Source: an uncultured archaeon
Lineage (GTDB): Archaea; Asgardarchaeota; Lokiarchaeia; Sigyniarchaeales; SOKP01
Reading direction: 5' to 3'
Assembly: GCA_964508365.1 (NCBI GenBank)
Contig: CAZDTP010000027.1
Coordinates: 1-47,487 of the forward strand
Length of the DNA stretch: 47,487 nucleotides
The notes below the pieces were generated by a model. The model saw nothing but the letters and a program-made list of their open reading frames with translations. It was not told where the DNA came from and did no database searches. Positions 46,060 through 47,487 of this stretch are shown piece after piece (the first letter of the stretch is position 1; every line of letters starts with the position of its first letter). A program made the position numbers and the translations under genes.

Positions 46060-47487
46060 ATGTCTTCATTACAAAAATCATCAATAGATTTTAATAGATT
46101 ATTCTTTCCAAGAGCTATTGGGATTATTGGAGCAAGCCATGATCCTGCAGGTGGAGGTTTTTTTGTTCGAGTAATGAGGGGTAAATTTAAAGGAAAAACC
46201 TATTTATTTAATCCAAGGTTAGCTGGAAAGACATTATTTGATCAGAAAGTTTACGCATCAATTTTGGAAATTTCTGAACCAATAGATTATGTTATTATTG
46301 CGGTTCCAGCACACTTAGTTCCAAAGATCTTAGATGAAGTAGGTCAAAAGTCTATTCCATTTTGCACAATTTTCTCTTCAGGCTTCCGCGAAGTTGGTAA
46401 CGAGGATCTAGAACATCAAACTATTGAAACAGCTCGTAGACATAATATTCGAATCATCGGCCCAAATTGTATTGGTGTTTATAATCCTAAAGGTGGTTTA
46501 TTTTTTGCTTACGAGCAATCCCGTAAGTATGGTAATTTCGGAGGAATTTTTCAATCGGGAGGAATAGCTCAAAATATATCTCAACTCATAGTATCTTATG
46601 GCTTGTACGCATCTAAATTCATCTCTATAGGGAATTCCCTCGACCTATCTCCAGTTGAATTTTTAGAATATTTCTTAAATGACGAGCATACAAAAATTAT
46701 CGGCTTATACATTGAGAATTTAAGGAGTATTGAACAAGGGAGAAAATTTATGGATATTGTCAAAGAGTGTAATTTAAACCGCAAACCTGTTATTCTTTGG
46801 CGAGCGGGATACGGAGAAGCAACTAAAAAAGCGATATTATCTCACACAGGAGGATTAGCGGGAAACAACGAAATTTGGAAGGCTGTTGGAAAGCAAACTG
46901 GGAGTTGCATTACAAGTAATTCAAATGAACTTGCTGCGTTGGCGTCGGCTTTTAATTTAACTCATTTACCTGATTCGCGAAATGTTGGCGTGATTGGGAT
47001 TGGTGGAGGTTCTACAATAGAAGCGATAGATATTTTAGAGAAGTATAACCTAACGATTCCCCAACTATCAGAGAGAAGTATCGATAAAATGAAAAGATTC
47101 GTTCCTGATGTAAATACAAACCTATCAAACCCAATAGATCTAGGTGGGATGGGAATTCAACCCAATATCTACTATCGTACGATATTAGCGCTTGATAAAG
47201 ATCCCAACATTTCATCTATCCTTTTCATTAAGGATCCCGAGAGATTTGGAGGATTCGCGGACCTAATGGAAGAATTAGGGTACGGGGGATTAGATCTAAA
47301 TAAAGAATTTATCCGATATATATCAAAAGCGAAAAATGTGTGTACAAAGCCAATGTACTGCGTCATGCTGAAGATTAACGAGGGATTTGAAGAGTATAAA
47401 AGTAGATACAAGTTCAAGCTGAAATTACTTAATCGAAACGTTCCAGTATTTGAATCTTTAGATCTCGCAGGAACTGTCTTGGATAAA
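46060..47487 (+). CDS. NDP-forming acyl-CoA synthetase alpha-type/CoA-binding protein, truncated by the window edge
   Basis: Not in the ORF track because there is no stop. ATG 46060 gives MSSLQKSSIDFNRLFFPRAIGIIGAS...FSSGFREVG...IIGPNCIG...SHTGGLAG...NPIDL, open to the end of the window. Confidence 0.9.
   Translation, partial: MSSLQKSSIDFNRLFFPRAIGIIGASHDPAGGGFFVRVMRGKFKGKTYLFNPRLAGKTLFDQKVYASILEISEPIDYVIIAVPAHLVPKILDEVGQKSIPFCTIFSSGFREVGNEDLEHQTIETARRHNIRIIGPNCIGVYNPKGGLFFAYEQSRKYGNFGGIFQSGGIAQNISQLIVSYGLYASKFISIGNSLDLSPVEFLEYFLNDEHTKIIGLYIENLRSIEQGRKFMDIVKECNLNRKPVILWRAGYGEATKKAILSHTGGLAGNNEIWKAVGKQTGSCITSNSNELAALASAFNLTHLPDSRNVGVIGIGGGSTIEAIDILEKYNLTIPQLSERSIDKMKRFVPDVNTNLSNPIDLGGMGIQPNIYYRTILALDKDPNISSILFIKDPERFGGFADLMEELGYGGLDLNKEFIRYISKAKNVCTKPMYCVMLKINEGFEEYKSRYKFKLKLLNRNVPVFESLDLAGTVLDK

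Noticed and set aside
8556-47417. Numerous 60-125 aa track ORFs antisense to or nested in well-supported genes (e.g. 8556, 8838, 10087, 16509, 23032, 26161, 37726, 38977, 47172)
   Set aside because: These are shadow ORFs on the opposite strand or in an alternative frame of confidently assigned genes, with no independent motifs.
1-47487. CRISPR array, rRNA, transposase or integrase genes
   Set aside because: No regularly spaced repeats, no long GC-rich structured RNA, and no recombinase or transposase motifs in any ORF.

Overview
AT-rich archaeal chromosomal window, very likely from an Asgard archaeon of the Lokiarchaeia. This is inferred from a CHMP1-like ESCRT-III gene, two longin/roadblock-type proteins, archaeal eS1 and uS15, and a BHB-intron tRNA. 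Most of the window is housekeeping and metabolic genes: pfkB-type kinase, pgk, larB/larC/nikR, GHMP kinase, rubrerythrin, radical SAM, Sir2, glmU, rdgB, RNase III, two GDPDs and a truncated NDP-forming acyl-CoA synthetase. The notable items are five. (1) A tRNA-Gly(GCC) split by two 30-nt introns, one at non-canonical position 15/16. (2) A ~1-kb integrase-less element directly behind that tRNA, bounded by a degenerate copy of the tRNA 3' end and by imperfect inverted termini carrying paired palindromes. (3) An orphan fused DppB-DppC permease in which both ATPase-coupling EAA loops appear deleted. (4) A nickel/NPN-cofactor neighbourhood with a NikR carrying a His-rich insert. (5) A 16-kb operon encoding a MacB/LolCDE-type ABC system wrapped around a membrane-anchored subtilase and a large surface protein. 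Several apparent G-to-A lesions cluster in the first 8 kb. All calls come from reading motifs by eye; no database searches were run. No CRISPR array, rRNA or transposase was seen.
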